Position numbers and translations under genes: made by a program
The notes under the pieces: generated by a model
The model's database searches: none
What the model saw: only the letters and a program-made list of their open reading frames with translations
Told to the model about the DNA's origin: nothing
Shown: positions 39,510 through 52,261 of the stretch, one piece after another
Layout of the letters: each line of letters opens with the position of its first letter
How positions within the stretch are numbered: the stretch's first letter is position 1
NCBI GenBank assembly: GCA_021613535.1
Contig: CP075496.1
Location: forward strand, 8,556,001-8,620,000
Source of the DNA: Adineta vaga
Lineage: Eukaryota; Animalia; Rotifera
Length of the DNA: 64,000 nt
Direction of reading: 5' to 3'

Positions 39510-40633
39510 ATGACAAATATACTTCAAATTGCCATGCGACCTAGAAAAGTAACCGTTACATTAAGTTCAATAATTTCTAATTTTTCCAAATCTACATGGA
39601 TTGCGACTGTTTCACTATTTCTTATTCTAATTATTGTTCTTTATGATCTTCATTCTTATCCTTTTAAAGAAATGACTCGTTTATTGAACAATTCAAGTTA
39701 TTCCAATTCAATAAATTCGCTTTTCTCACAAGCTGAAAGTCACACAACATCGACGACAACTAGTACAACAAGTGCTTCGGAATTAGTAATAGATGTTTAT
39801 GATCGAACGCCGCCGTATAGAGTAGCAACGAAAAATGGTGAGACACCATATCCTGAAGGATATCGAGTACAAGCAAAACTACTCGATGAATTACGTTTGT
39901 ACGAAATATGTCAACGAGATCCATCGACCATTGTCGTTGACGTTGGTGCTTACTTAGGTATGAGATGCAAACACTTGAAATCAAATTAAATAAATATTCT
40001 TATCTTCTAGGTGATTTTGGTATGTATGCAGCAGCATGTGGTTGTACTGTGTATATGTTTGAAATTCAATCAGATATGATTAGTCTTATTCGTTCTTCTA
40101 TTCAACATAATGCATTTTCAGATTCTCGAATTTTTGTCTATCATAATGCCGTTAGTGATGAACCCAACGGTACAACAGTAACATATGTTCCTGAAGGTAG
40201 TGCAACAAAGATTTCAGATGGTATTTCTTCTGTACAAACGATTCGATTAGATGATATAGTATGGACATCATCTTCAATTTACATATTAAAAGTTGATGTC
40301 GAAGGATTTGAATTGAATGTTCTTCGTTCGGCAAAAAGTCTCTTTGCTAAAAGACGTATTCGTCATTTAATTTTCAAATATACACCTTGGTGGACTGATC
40401 GAGCTCCACAACAAACTCTATTACCGTTTGTGAAAAGAGAATTAAGAGCAAAATTTATCTATACTCTTAATCCAACGGAGAATGTTATTTATGGTCCATT
40501 ATCTCCGAAGGATGTGAACAATTTATATGATCAATATATGAAATCTCGTTTGCAAACATATATCTATGCTACATTCGATCCAAAATCTGTACGAACATCA
40601 ATAAAATCACAACAATTTGTCGAGCATAAGTAA
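39510..40633 (+). CDS. Type II membrane FkbM-family methyltransferase, copy 2; intron 39958-40010
   Basis: TM plus Thr-rich stem; VVDVGAYLG|DFGMYAAACGC, FEIQ, TIRLDD, LKVDVEGFE. Confidence 0.9.
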
Positions 40634-41418
40634 GGTGTTAAATAAATATTTAGGTAGTTCTTTAGACTTAATTTTTTATTACAATGTAAATATTAATTTA
40701 CTAATAAATTAAGATCTTAGAATCGAGAATATTTACAAACATCATTGTACAGTATTAAAATACATTTCGAAACGATTTTAATATTCCACAAAAATCTGGA
40801 ATATTAGATCAACCTGAAGAGAAATCAGTGATAAACACGATCAATCATAACATTAGGATAGTATGATCAGATTGTCTTGTTTTCAATTTTTTGATAAGCA
40901 AACTTCGTAAAGAAAGAAAATACTGAATAAAAATTGTTTTCTTCCGCAGACACAAGGAAATAAGTTAACAAGAATGTTCGTTGAACCATAACAGTCGGTA
41001 CATATATAACTAATTTTTTGACGTTTGTATATCGATATATGCATTGAAGAAATTACATTCAATATCAATGCTAACGAATGAGACAACCTTCAATGTATTT
41101 TATTCGCGGGAAAAAACACACATCCAATCGAACATTCTTTTGCTCGTCATACTATTTGCATCTTTCTTTTTACTCCGATTGATATGAGCATGTCATAAGG
41201 CATATCGTTCTGATCGAACAAATAAATGTGAATTTTATAATCGAAATGAGACAATCTTAATGGTCTCATTAGAACACTTTTGTGTTGATTTTTGAAAATT
41301 TTTTCTCGATATCTTTCGTTGTTTATCAACTATTTGAATAGCTTTTTGAAAAAATATATCAATCGACTGAGATTTTGAAATACTCATTATAATTTATCGT
41401 TTAGTTAGAGAATTCATC

Positions 41419-42515
41419 ATGGCAAAATTCAATACAATTATGAATAAAATGAAACAATTCAAATCGTATCATATTTCAACATTACTTCGTTGGACCAGAT
41501 TACGTTGGTATATTCTGATCTTTATCTCATACATATTGCTCGTTTATATTCATCCTTTTCGTTCCTTATCACCAACACGCATTCCTCAACTATGGAGTGA
41601 ATCACATTATTCAAAATATATGAATTTCCTTTTTGAAAATCCTGCACCAGTGACCAATCCTCCGGATATTTTTGTTGATATGAATGAACGCAAACCGTCT
41701 TTTAAACTGGCTATGAGATCCGATGATCGACCATTTCTAAGTGTCGATCGAGCACAATCAAAATTATTAGAAAGACTACGTCTATATGAAACATGTCAAC
41801 GTGATTCATCAACGATTGTTGTTGATGTTGGTGCTTACCTAGGTAGGAGAAAAATAACAATTCAATAAAAGATTATGTCTTTTTCTTAGGTGAATTTGGT
41901 CTCTATGCAGCAGCATGTGGATGTACCGTTTATCTATTTGAAGCTCAACCAGATATGATTAAACTTCTTCATTCATCTATCAAACAGAATATATTTCCAA
42001 CAACTCGAGTACATGTATATCATAATGTTGTCACGAATTTACCTTCAAATACTAATGTTAGTTTTCCACCTGGTGATGGTTCGGTGGCAATGGTTGATAA
42101 TCCAGTTACAGTACGAACTATTCGATTAGATGATGTTCAATGGCCATCGCCATCAATTTTTATGCTTCGAATTGATGTTGATGGCTCTGAATTCAATGTT
42201 CTTCGTTCAGCAAAGAAATTATTTACTCAAAAACGTATACAACATCTACTTTTCACATATACACCATGGTTATCTGAGAGAAGTTCACAAAAAGAACTTC
42301 TACCAAATATTAAAAATGACTTTAAAGCAAAATTTGTCTATAGTCTATTTCGAACGGATGATAATATCTATGGACCACTTCTACCCAGACATTTAACGAA
42401 TTTCTATGATCAAATATTAAATTTAAATATACCAGCTGAAGTCTATGCTGTTTTTGATGACAAAATATCGCAATCAACAATCAAAGCGAAACGTTATCAT
42501 CAATTTAAATCTTAA
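41419..42515 (+). CDS. Type II membrane FkbM-family methyltransferase, copy 3; intron 41843-41889
   Basis: VVDVGAYLG|EFGLYAAACGC, FEAQP, TIRLDD, LRIDVDGSE. Confidence 0.87.
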
Positions 42516-43591
42516 GTGTTATATTTGTTTCATCAAAGTATTATTAGTTTTTCTTTCGAAGATCGTATGGTACGAATTCTAAATTCAATTTTGTTTTCAA
42601 ATTAAGTATGCTAAACACTGTCTAGAATATAAACTGAATCGATCGAGCATTATTATCAGATGATAAAGTAAAATTCTATTAGAATAGTAAAACAATGCAT
42701 CTTTCGTACTCTACTTTCCTTTTCATCATCAGTATGTTCAAAATAATAAACATTATATTAGTAATTTTCATCAAACATCTTACACAATTGGTTGATTATA
42801 TTATCAATTTGTTCTAATTATGTAATATTTACAATCGGTATTTTCTCTCGATCATGCACGTATGAAAGTTTTCTAAAGTCTTTCTCTGATTTTTTCAATA
42901 CTATGTTAAAAGATCTTTATCTACTATCAGTAATATAAACATAAATATTCATATAAAAAAATAATTGAGGAGAAGATGTTGTTGTTTTTCTGTTGGATTC
43001 GATTTCAATTTCACACATCTGAAATAAATGATCATTTTGATAGGTTTTGTTAATTATAAAATATAACTGAGTCAATGAAGTATATAGAATATATCAATAC
43101 AAAATATATAACAGGATGCATTGAATTTGATATCGATAATTTACTGTCATTTGAGTTGCAATAATCTATAGTGATGTGTTTTGTCTTATTATCGAATGAC
43201 TTTCAATAGATAGTAATGCTCAAAGGTTATGAATAGGATGTTAACGAGTGAAAAAAAAAGCATAGGTTACATCATGTTATGTTTTAATGTTCGATTCAAG
43301 CAATGTTAGTTACATAATCGGCTATGATTATGAACATTTTAATTGAAGTTCATTCTCATTTTTAATGCGTTATATAGATCATTTTTATGTCAACAAAAAT
43401 ATCTAGACTGAATTTATGATATTCTACATTCGTAAAGATATTGCTCAGTAACGAACGACAAAACATTTTCATGTTTATCTTTCATGTGTTTCTATTGCAT
43501 TGCAATTTACATTTAAACAAATTATTTACGATCTTTATATATTTGTAGATATATTTATACTTAATTTCAATAATTTTATTAAATCAATGTT

Positions 43592-44736
43592 ATGGAGAAT
43601 ATCAATAGTTCACAATTTCACAACTTGTTTCCTTCTTTGAAACATCGTTACTGTGCAAAACCATACTTATTTCTTTTATTCATTATATTCGCTACATTTA
43701 TTCTTATGTTTCATCAGATACAATATTTTTCATTCAGAATTCCCTTCCAAATTATGTGGATTAACTCTACTCACTCAGATCGTATAAAATCCACTTTTCC
43801 TCAAAGCACAACAACAACAACAACAACATCTTTACCTCTTAACACGCCAAAATCTTCTGAAATCGTAATAGAAATGGATAATCGTATACCAACATATAAA
43901 CTTGCTACTCAATCTGGTAATAAACCATATGCTGATGGTGATCGAGCACAAGCCAAAGTACTAGAGGAAATACATCTTTATGAAACGTGTCAACGAGATC
44001 CATCGACAATTGTTGTCGATGTTGGTGCTTTTCTTGGTATTTAAAAAGAAATCTATTCTACAAATCAAATTCAAACGAAAATATGTTTATGTTTTGTTAT
44101 TTAGGAGATTTTGGCCTTTATGCTGCAGCTTGTGGTTGCACTGTGTATATATTTGAAATCCAACCAGATATGGTGACTTTGATTCGTTCATCAATCAATC
44201 ATAATTCATTTTCATCATCTCGTGTTCATCTTTATCATAATGCAGTTAGTGATTTACCAGCAGGATCGACCGTGAAATTCATGCCAGGTGATGGTTCGAC
44301 AGCCGCTTCAGGTGGTAATGTTTCTGTGGAAACTATGCGTCTAGATGATATACCTTGGTCATCAAATTTCATTTATATGCTCAAAATCGATGTCGAAGGA
44401 TTTGAATTAAATGTTCTTCGTTCGGCAAAGAATCTGTTTGCTGAAAAACGCATTCGCCATTTAATTTTCGAATATACACCTTGGTGGACTGATCGTGCTC
44501 CACAACAAACTCTATTACCATATGTTCAAAATGAATTAAAAGCAAAATTTCTCTATGCACTGCATCGAACTGAGAGCATTATTTATGGACCTTTGCGTGT
44601 CAATGAATTAAAAACGTTTTACAGGACACATTTAAATGCACATCTTCAAACAGATATCTATGCAATATTTGATGATAATGCAACAAAAACGTCGATTAAA
44701 TCAAAACCATACAGTCAGGGTAGAAGAGTAGCTTGA
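43592..44736 (+). CDS. Type II membrane FkbM-family methyltransferase, copy 4; intron 44037-44104
   Basis: VVDVGAFLG|DFGLYAAACGC, FEIQP, LKIDVEGFELNVL, LIFEY; all FkbM consensus motifs are intact. Confidence 0.92.
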
Positions 44737-45867
44737 AACTGAATAATTGTTCAAATTTATTTTCACAACTTCGTATTCTTTTTCGTGAGATTTTTAAGAA
44801 ATCTGATTTTTTGAGAAAAAAACGGATCGATCTATCACTATGTTTATCATTTTGTTTTTCAATAACACGGGAAAATCGATAAAAAAATAAGTGCATTTTT
44901 ATCTCTTCATATCTTTTCGATCAGGTATGCTTATGTCATGAAAAAGTAGAAAAACGTGGACATATTCACGAAAAGCATACCTGCTCGTACAGAATAGTTT
45001 AACTTCGTCCGGATACGGTTTAATCAGATATGTCATGGTTATTATTACACAGATGAAAATATATACAAACTACCTGATGATGACAAATGAAACGGCTGCT
45101 TCTTAAAATTTTCAAAGTATTTGATATCAAAAACTAATTTAGTATTATTCGACAACATAGTGATATTTGTGTGAAAATTCGTGTTAAACGCTTTTTTCGA
45201 AATAAATCATATAATAAATGTCTTTCGATGAAATTATCACTTGCATTCATTCTAAAATTCATAGATATTTCACCATAAATCAAGTTACTTTTCATCATAT
45301 TTTCTAATAAGTTCAATGAGTTAATATTTTCTTAGAGGTGCAATTTTTATCCTTGCTAAATAAATGAACAAAAAAAGAAAAAGAGAATAGCAAATTTATT
45401 CGACCAGAACCAATTCATTAACAAGAATGCATACACCTATAATCGACAGATGGAAACTTATATTTTATAGTATGTACCGTAACGTATGCACTACTAAGTT
45501 TATAGTGAAGAAGAAAAAACCATACGTAGTGTTCCTTGCATATTTTTTTAGTTACTCTCTCGACGTGTCAATACAATGAATTAAACATATACATGATCAA
45601 AATCTATTGCAGGTATTAATCATATTTGATGTTTACAAAACAGTATATGCAGTTATTTTTTCTCAGTGGTTAGCATATTCTACCAACCAGATTTAAAAAA
45701 AAAGTTTATTAATTGATCAACAGCATCTTTTCGTTCGACGGATAAAATCAAATAAGAAAACATGCGGAATCAGCGAATGCAACATGTAATTGAGTATTCA
45801 ATCATAAAGAATATAAACTAGTTCGAAAATATTTATCTTTTCAATTGAATTTTCCTTCCAGATTACC

Positions 45868-46990
45868 ATGTCATATATCAAAAAACAAAAGAATACCTAT
45901 GGGATATCAGGTTTACAATGTATAGCAACATTCTGTCGTACATCGAAACCGAATTGGTGTATTTTAACAGCAACTTTATGTACTTTTGTTCTTCTCTTTC
46001 ATCATGCACATTACTTGTCTTATAGTAAATTGTCTGAAGCATTCTCTAATGAAGACGATTCTAATTCGGTTATGGCAGACGGTAATGTTGAAAATGAACC
46101 AATACAGACAGAAGAAGTCAACACAAATGAAACAGTAATCGAAATGAGTGATCGAGTGCCATCATTCGAACTTGCGACAAAAAAAGGAGATAGACCATCT
46201 TCAGAAAGCGATCGTGCATATGGAAAATTACTCGATGAATTACACCTTCAAGATGTATGTCAACAAGATCCAACAACGATTGTTGTTGATGTTGGTGCGG
46301 GTTTAGGTAAAAGAATGCAAGATTTATGTACACATTTCCAATAAGAAAGAAAATCTTCTTTTAGGAGAATTTGGTCTTTATGCAGCAGCATGTGGTTGTA
46401 CTGTTTATATGTTTGAAGTTCGAACAGATCTAGTTACTCTCATTAAATCATCCATAAAACATAATTCATTCACGTCACCTCCTGTTGATGTTTTTCAGAA
46501 AGCTGTTAGTGATGTACCAACGGATAGTACTATCGATTATTCACCTCCGGAGGGTGAAGGAGACAATACTGACACTTTTACTACAGTACAGACGATTCGA
46601 TTAGATGATGTCTCATGGTCGTCCTTATCAATCTATATACTTAAAATTGATACACCTGGATCAGAATTAAATGTTCTCCGTTCCGCAAAAACTCTTTTCA
46701 ATCAAAAACGTATTCGATATTTATTTTTCGACTATAGTCCATGGTTAGGTGATCCAGAATTACAAAAAAGCATCTTATCATATGTAAGACGAGATGCAAA
46801 AGCGAAATTTATATATAATATCTATCGAAAGGATGAGAAAATTTATGGACCTCTAGTACCAATGCATTTTCCGACACTTTATGATCGAATGGTGGAATCG
46901 CGTACGAATACAAGTATATATGCTGTTTTTGATAACAGAGTAACGAGATCATCCATTAAATCTGAACCATTTCCAATCAATAATCGTTAA
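45868..46990 (+). CDS. Type II membrane FkbM-family methyltransferase, copy 5; intron 46307-46364
   Basis: VVDVGAGLG|EFGLYAAACGC, TIRLDD, LKIDTPGSE; acidic stem. Confidence 0.85.
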
Positions 46991-47140
46991 GTTCAAAAAT
47001 GAACTCAGGCATTTTCTTCATTTGTTTTTTAGATTACAGAAAGTTATTACGTTAAATTTATTTTATTTTTAAATAAAAAAACAGAAATTTTTACTTAAAC
47101 AATGTAGAAAGTTACATGAACTTTACGCAAAACATTATCG

Positions 47141-48640
47141 TCAAAATGATTGTTTCGGTAATGTAATTGTCATGTGTTCTGTTGTATCATCGAAGTGAAC
47201 AGACTTACGTTTGATCAAATTGTATAATAACCAACGATTTTTTTGTAAACGTAATGCTGTAGTAAAATTAATACCGTGTAAATTTTGTTGTTGTGAATCA
47301 CATCCCATTTGAATTAATAATTCAACAATACGATATCGACGACCTGATACTTTTAGACAAGTGAAAAGCAGTAAATTATTGCCATCTTTATCTAATTGAT
47401 AAATTGATGATGGAGAAGATTTGATGAGTTTTTCAATCAATTGCCGTTCTTTTTTTTTCAATAATAGAAATATCAATTCGTCATTAATTAACCATTTTTC
47501 CCATGGTTTTTTATCGATCATTTGATGAAATAATCGTCTTCTCCATTGATTTTCTAACAACATGTGGACAATATGTTTTGAACTATCAAAAAAATCTTGA
47601 AAAAAATGATTATTATGATAAATAAGTAAGATAATATCGTATCGATTGTTGATGATTAAACTATCAAGAATACGTTTAAATCGATCAGTTAAATCTACAT
47701 TGATTAGTTTAATTCGTACTAATGATCTGTATTCATCTAAAAATATCTTTAAAATTTCTAATTGTGTTGTATAAAGAATAATTTGATTCGATTTGATTCG
47801 TCGTTGGTTCGAAAGAATTTCTAAGATAATTAAAATCATTTTCTGTAACCAAATCTCATCATCTGACTCATATTTCTGACATTGTGTTGCGAAAAGAATT
47901 AATTCAATCAATGCATGATAGTTTTGTTCATATATGAAATTTGTACGATAAATTAAATAGACAAGATATTCATAGATACTAAATCGATGACCACCACCAT
48001 AACACGGATATTTCAAAAGAGAAGGATTGGATATGAATAAAGTTTGTAACATTTTCGAAGTTAAATTTGATGAAGACAAGACAAGTTCACAAAAGTCATC
48101 AGCAAAATAGAATCCTGCTTGTTCATGTTCATTATATTCCAAAGATGCACCTTTTATGTAAACAAGATATTCGATTTGTTTAAGAATCGATTTTTCAAAT
48201 GGTTTTTCGAATGTTTTCTTTAATTCTAGATCATTGAGCAACATATCCTCATGAGAAAGATATAAACGAATAGATTTGTAATACGAAAGTTTTTCTTTGA
48301 CTTTTGATTTCATTTGAAAATATTGTTCTTGTAAATGAAACTGAATTAATGATTGAAAACATTGTTTTAAAGTCGAATTTTTCGTTGTTTGATTTACAGG
48401 TAATAATTGTTGAGTGATTCTTTCAAATAGAACTGAATTAGAATAACGATGAAAATTTTTGTCATGTTTTTTAATATTTAAAAATTTCGGTAATAAATGT
48501 AAATGTTTATCCAGAAGAATACTATTTAAACGTTGATTTAAACCGAGAAAGGTGTGAAATAGAAAATATATTTCATTGACATATTTGAATATAATGAGAA
48601 TAATTTCATCGGGTAATGTTTCAAATGTCGATACAAACAT
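47141..48640 (-). CDS. F-box-like protein with C-terminal ankyrin repeat(s)
   Basis: N-terminal FETLPDEIILIIFKY; C-terminal DKDGNNLLLFTC...IVELLIQMGCD...NLHG. Confidence 0.75.
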   Translation of the reverse strand: MFVSTFETLPDEIILIIFKYVNEIYFLFHTFLGLNQRLNSILLDKHLHLLPKFLNIKKHDKNFHRYSNSVLFERITQQLLPVNQTTKNSTLKQCFQSLIQFHLQEQYFQMKSKVKEKLSYYKSIRLYLSHEDMLLNDLELKKTFEKPFEKSILKQIEYLVYIKGASLEYNEHEQAGFYFADDFCELVLSSSNLTSKMLQTLFISNPSLLKYPCYGGGHRFSIYEYLVYLIYRTNFIYEQNYHALIELILFATQCQKYESDDEIWLQKMILIILEILSNQRRIKSNQIILYTTQLEILKIFLDEYRSLVRIKLINVDLTDRFKRILDSLIINNRYDIILLIYHNNHFFQDFFDSSKHIVHMLLENQWRRRLFHQMIDKKPWEKWLINDELIFLLLKKKERQLIEKLIKSSPSSIYQLDKDGNNLLLFTCLKVSGRRYRIVELLIQMGCDSQQQNLHGINFTTALRLQKNRWLLYNLIKRKSVHFDDTTEHMTITLPKQSF

Positions 48641-49167
48641 TTTCAATATTTATACTGTCAATATACACTTATTTTTTGACCTTAAAATGGTACATATTTA
48701 TGCGCACCTGTATTCGATCAGATAAAACCAATCGTTTTCTTTTTTATGATGCGACACAATTATAGTTGACAGCACTTGAATGATATGATGTGAGAAAGAG
48801 ATTGTATCGATTAACAAAGATTGAAATTAACAAAACAAATTTCAATGAAAAGTCCAAATCGATAAAGGTTCATTTCGTCTAATTAGATAGATCATTTATT
48901 TTGCGTGTAGGATGACATCTGTCTCAAGGAAAAGAAATTAATAGAAGTGAACAATAAATATTTGTCCTTCGTAAAAACTTGTAGTTTTTTATTCCGGCTC
49001 TTCAATAATGATAGAACTCGAACGGTATATTTAAGATTTTCGAATTGATAACAAGTTTTATGAGGATATCAGTTCATGTTATCTTCATCATAAAACATCA
49101 ATAAAAGAAACACCTTTATAAATTAGAGTCTAATTTGAATAACACTTTACAACTTAGATTCATTAAG

Positions 49168-50309
49168 ATGTTGTTTTATATGCTTGAAATCTATCAAATC
49201 GTATTTTTTATTGTAAGAATTTGTCAGGGAATGGAGCGTCCATTAGTTATTGGTCATCGAGGTTCAGCTTATCTACCAGAATTAACACTAGAAAGTCAAT
49301 CAATGGCACATGCATTGCATGCAGATATGATTGAAATTGATGTATGTCTTACTCGAGATAATCAATTAATTGTTATTCATGGTAAATGAAAATATTTTAC
49401 TTAGAAAAATCATCTCACGAAAGAATTCTTTATTCAATTCTAGATTTGTATTTGAATGCAATTAGTAATGTTCAAGAACTTTATCCAAATCGTAGTAGTT
49501 CGGATGGATATCATTATGTTATTGATTTTGATCTTGTTGAATTACGTAATTTAACGATTCATGAACGTATTAAACCATTTACAAATATTCAAACTTATCC
49601 ATTGCGTTTTCCTTGGTCATCATCAATATCATTTTCTCTTTCGACATTAAATCAAACGCTTGAATTACTTCTTGGTTTACGTCGATCAACGAATCGACAA
49701 TATGAATTACTAATTGAAATAAAAAATCCTGAATATCATTCACAACATAATAGATGTATATCATGTATCTTAATTTCAACATTAGATACCTATAATCTGA
49801 CAGAATCGACAGATCCAATTGTCATTCAAACGTTTCATATAGAAGAATTAATCTATATACGTGAGAAATTATCCCGTCGTTTAAGGCTCGTAGGTTTATT
49901 AACATGGAATTGGTTAAATGAATCTTCAAGTAATTATGATTTTTATCGTAGTGAACAAGGTTTACAAAATTTATCATCAATCCTTCATGCAATTGCACCA
50001 AATATGGAATTATTAGTTAATTTCAATACCGATGGATCAATTATCGATATAACGAATTTAACTTCATTAGCTCATAAATATAAACTTGCTGTTTATCCAT
50101 GGACATTTCGATATGATACATACAAGGGAAATTTTCAAGAATTGATTGAATTTTTTTCTCAAAAAGTACATGTCGATGGTTTTATTACAAGTCAACCTGA
50201 TATAGTTATCGAAATTTTAGAAAGAAAAACATCGGACGCACAGAGAGAATTTAAGCAATCGATTTCTTTACTTTCTTCTATATTTGTTTTATTCTATTTC
50301 TATTTGTAA
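49168..50309 (+). CDS. GlpQ-type glycerophosphodiester phosphodiesterase with hydrophobic N- and C-termini; intron 49382-49443
   Basis: PLVIGHRG..YLPE.TL, ADMIEIDV.LTRD..LIVIH|D, YVIDFDL.EL, IEIKNP, IQTF, VYPWTFR, VDGFIT; C-terminal SISLLSSIFVLFYFYL. Confidence 0.9.
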
Positions 50310-50599
50310 AGATTGATTTCATCGATCTTAATTCGTAAAAGAAAAAGACTCTTCTATTATATTCAATAGAATAAAAACACGTTCAGTTTAATAATGATCA
50401 TGAGTAAATTTTACGGGAATATTTTAATCACACTATACTTTCATTTTACCAAACGTGTCTAATTGTAATATGTGATAAAATGATAGAAATACCTTCTTTT
50501 TCTCTTGTTTCGAAACGTAGTAATGAATAATAAATCAATTCTTCTCAATTACTATTAAATAGAAAACAAAAAATAAATCCTTCGGTATTTATCCTGGAA

Positions 50600-51701
50600 A
50601 TGACTCTTCGTTTGGTACCATTGGTGTTTATCATAAATTGTAAGAGATCTAAGCATTTTTTGCTGTGATTTAGAATGAATTTCATTGAATTATTTGATTT
50701 AGTAAATCTCATTTTTATTGGAGTGAACGTCTCGATTGCAAGTGATGATAGTGATCTAGAACTTCCCATTGAACGACGAAATTTTTCTGTATGCGCTTGT
50801 GAAAATTCATCGATTATCAATATACCTTTATTTGAATGTGAATTACCAACTGAATATCTCCAAGATTGTGATAATCAAACATGTTATGCGACTACCGCTG
50901 AACCAACTGAGCAAACAACTACAGTTATGAAACTTATATTACCTTCTTATCAATGTCCAGATGAAAATTACATGGGTATTTATTGTAATGTAACGAACGA
51001 TATATGTGCAATATATGAACCATGTGAAAATTACGGTATTTGCATATCGAATAAATCTCTTCCATTGGAATATAGTTGTCAATGTTTATCTGATGAATAT
51101 TCGGGTTATAATTGTGAGAATGATAATCGATTATGTAAAAATGGTACTTGTTTGTAAGAAGAATAGTTTATTTTTGAGAAAATAAACCGCATCGATTGAT
51201 TCGTTTAGGCATGATGGTGATTGTATCAAAGAACGTATTTCAGCTGATAATAAAACAACATTTGCATGTTTATGTCAACGTGGTTATGATGGAACGCGTT
51301 GTGAATTAGTTTCGAATATGTGTACGAATATTACATGTGAGAATAAAGGTATTTGTCGATCATCTCATTTATCATGGAAATGTCATTGTATTGATTCAAC
51401 ATTGTATTCAGGTGTTTATTGTGAACATCAAAGTACATCATTAACTATTAAAAAAGTGTTAAGTCAATCATTTGTATCAATAGCAATTGCTGCGATTATT
51501 GCCGTATTTCTATTTGTTATTATTATGGATGTATTGAAATATGTATTTCAAATTGATCCTATTATTGGAGAAAGAAGAATGATGAAAAACGAACGAATGA
51601 AAAAACTATCTGATAAGAATAAGAAGAGAAAAAAAATGATGGAAAATTATGTCAATATAGCAATACGATTTGCTTATAAGAATTTTTCTGAAACATATTA
51701 A
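50600..51701 (+). CDS. EGF-repeat single-pass membrane protein, 3 exons (50600-50639, 50703-about 51153, about 51209-51701)
   Basis: Signal peptide; EGF motifs PCENYGIC...CQC...YSGYNCE, CLCQRGYDGTRCE, CENKGIC...YSGVYCE; TM segment and basic tail. Confidence 0.82.
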
Positions 51702-51974
51702 TATATTGCTTGATTGATTCGAAAAGTATTTGTTTGTATGTTAAAACTATACGGAAAAGAAATAGTTTATCGTACGTTTCGATGCTTGAGAGATTATATT
51801 TTTAAAGATCTTTTGAAATATGTCAAAGATAATGTTTTCATCTCGAGAGACTTGAATTTTAGATAATAACTTGTTTTTCTCCAGAGTAATGAAGTAGAAA
51901 CTGTTCAAGCGTATAACATTAAGTAAAACGTCTTTTTATCCATATCTTACCTACTCGACTTCATTTAATTGATC

Positions 51975-52213
51975 GAGAATATCGTTGCGATGTGTGTGAT
52001 GATACACAGGATGTTCTATTTCTACTTGGAAATCGACTTCTACCTGGTTCAATTCTAGTCTTCGATGAATTATGTAATTGTTCTGTGTATGAAAAACATG
52101 AAATCAAAGCTTTATTCAAATTTCTACCAGGAACAAATTTACGATTGATTCCATTACGTTCAAGTACTATTATTCAACCTATGATACCTATGAACAATCA
52201 TTCATTTGCCTAG
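51975..52213 (+). pseudogene. C-terminal fragment of a TylF/MycF-like O-methyltransferase
   Basis: TQDVLFLLGNRLLPGSILVFDEL...YEKHEIKALFKFL matches the TylF-like PGxxxxFDE...HExxA pattern; no intact upstream frame. Confidence 0.55.
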
Positions 52214-52261
52214 TCGATATCACATAAATCTATGTTTATTATAGAATCATCTTTTCTTTAT

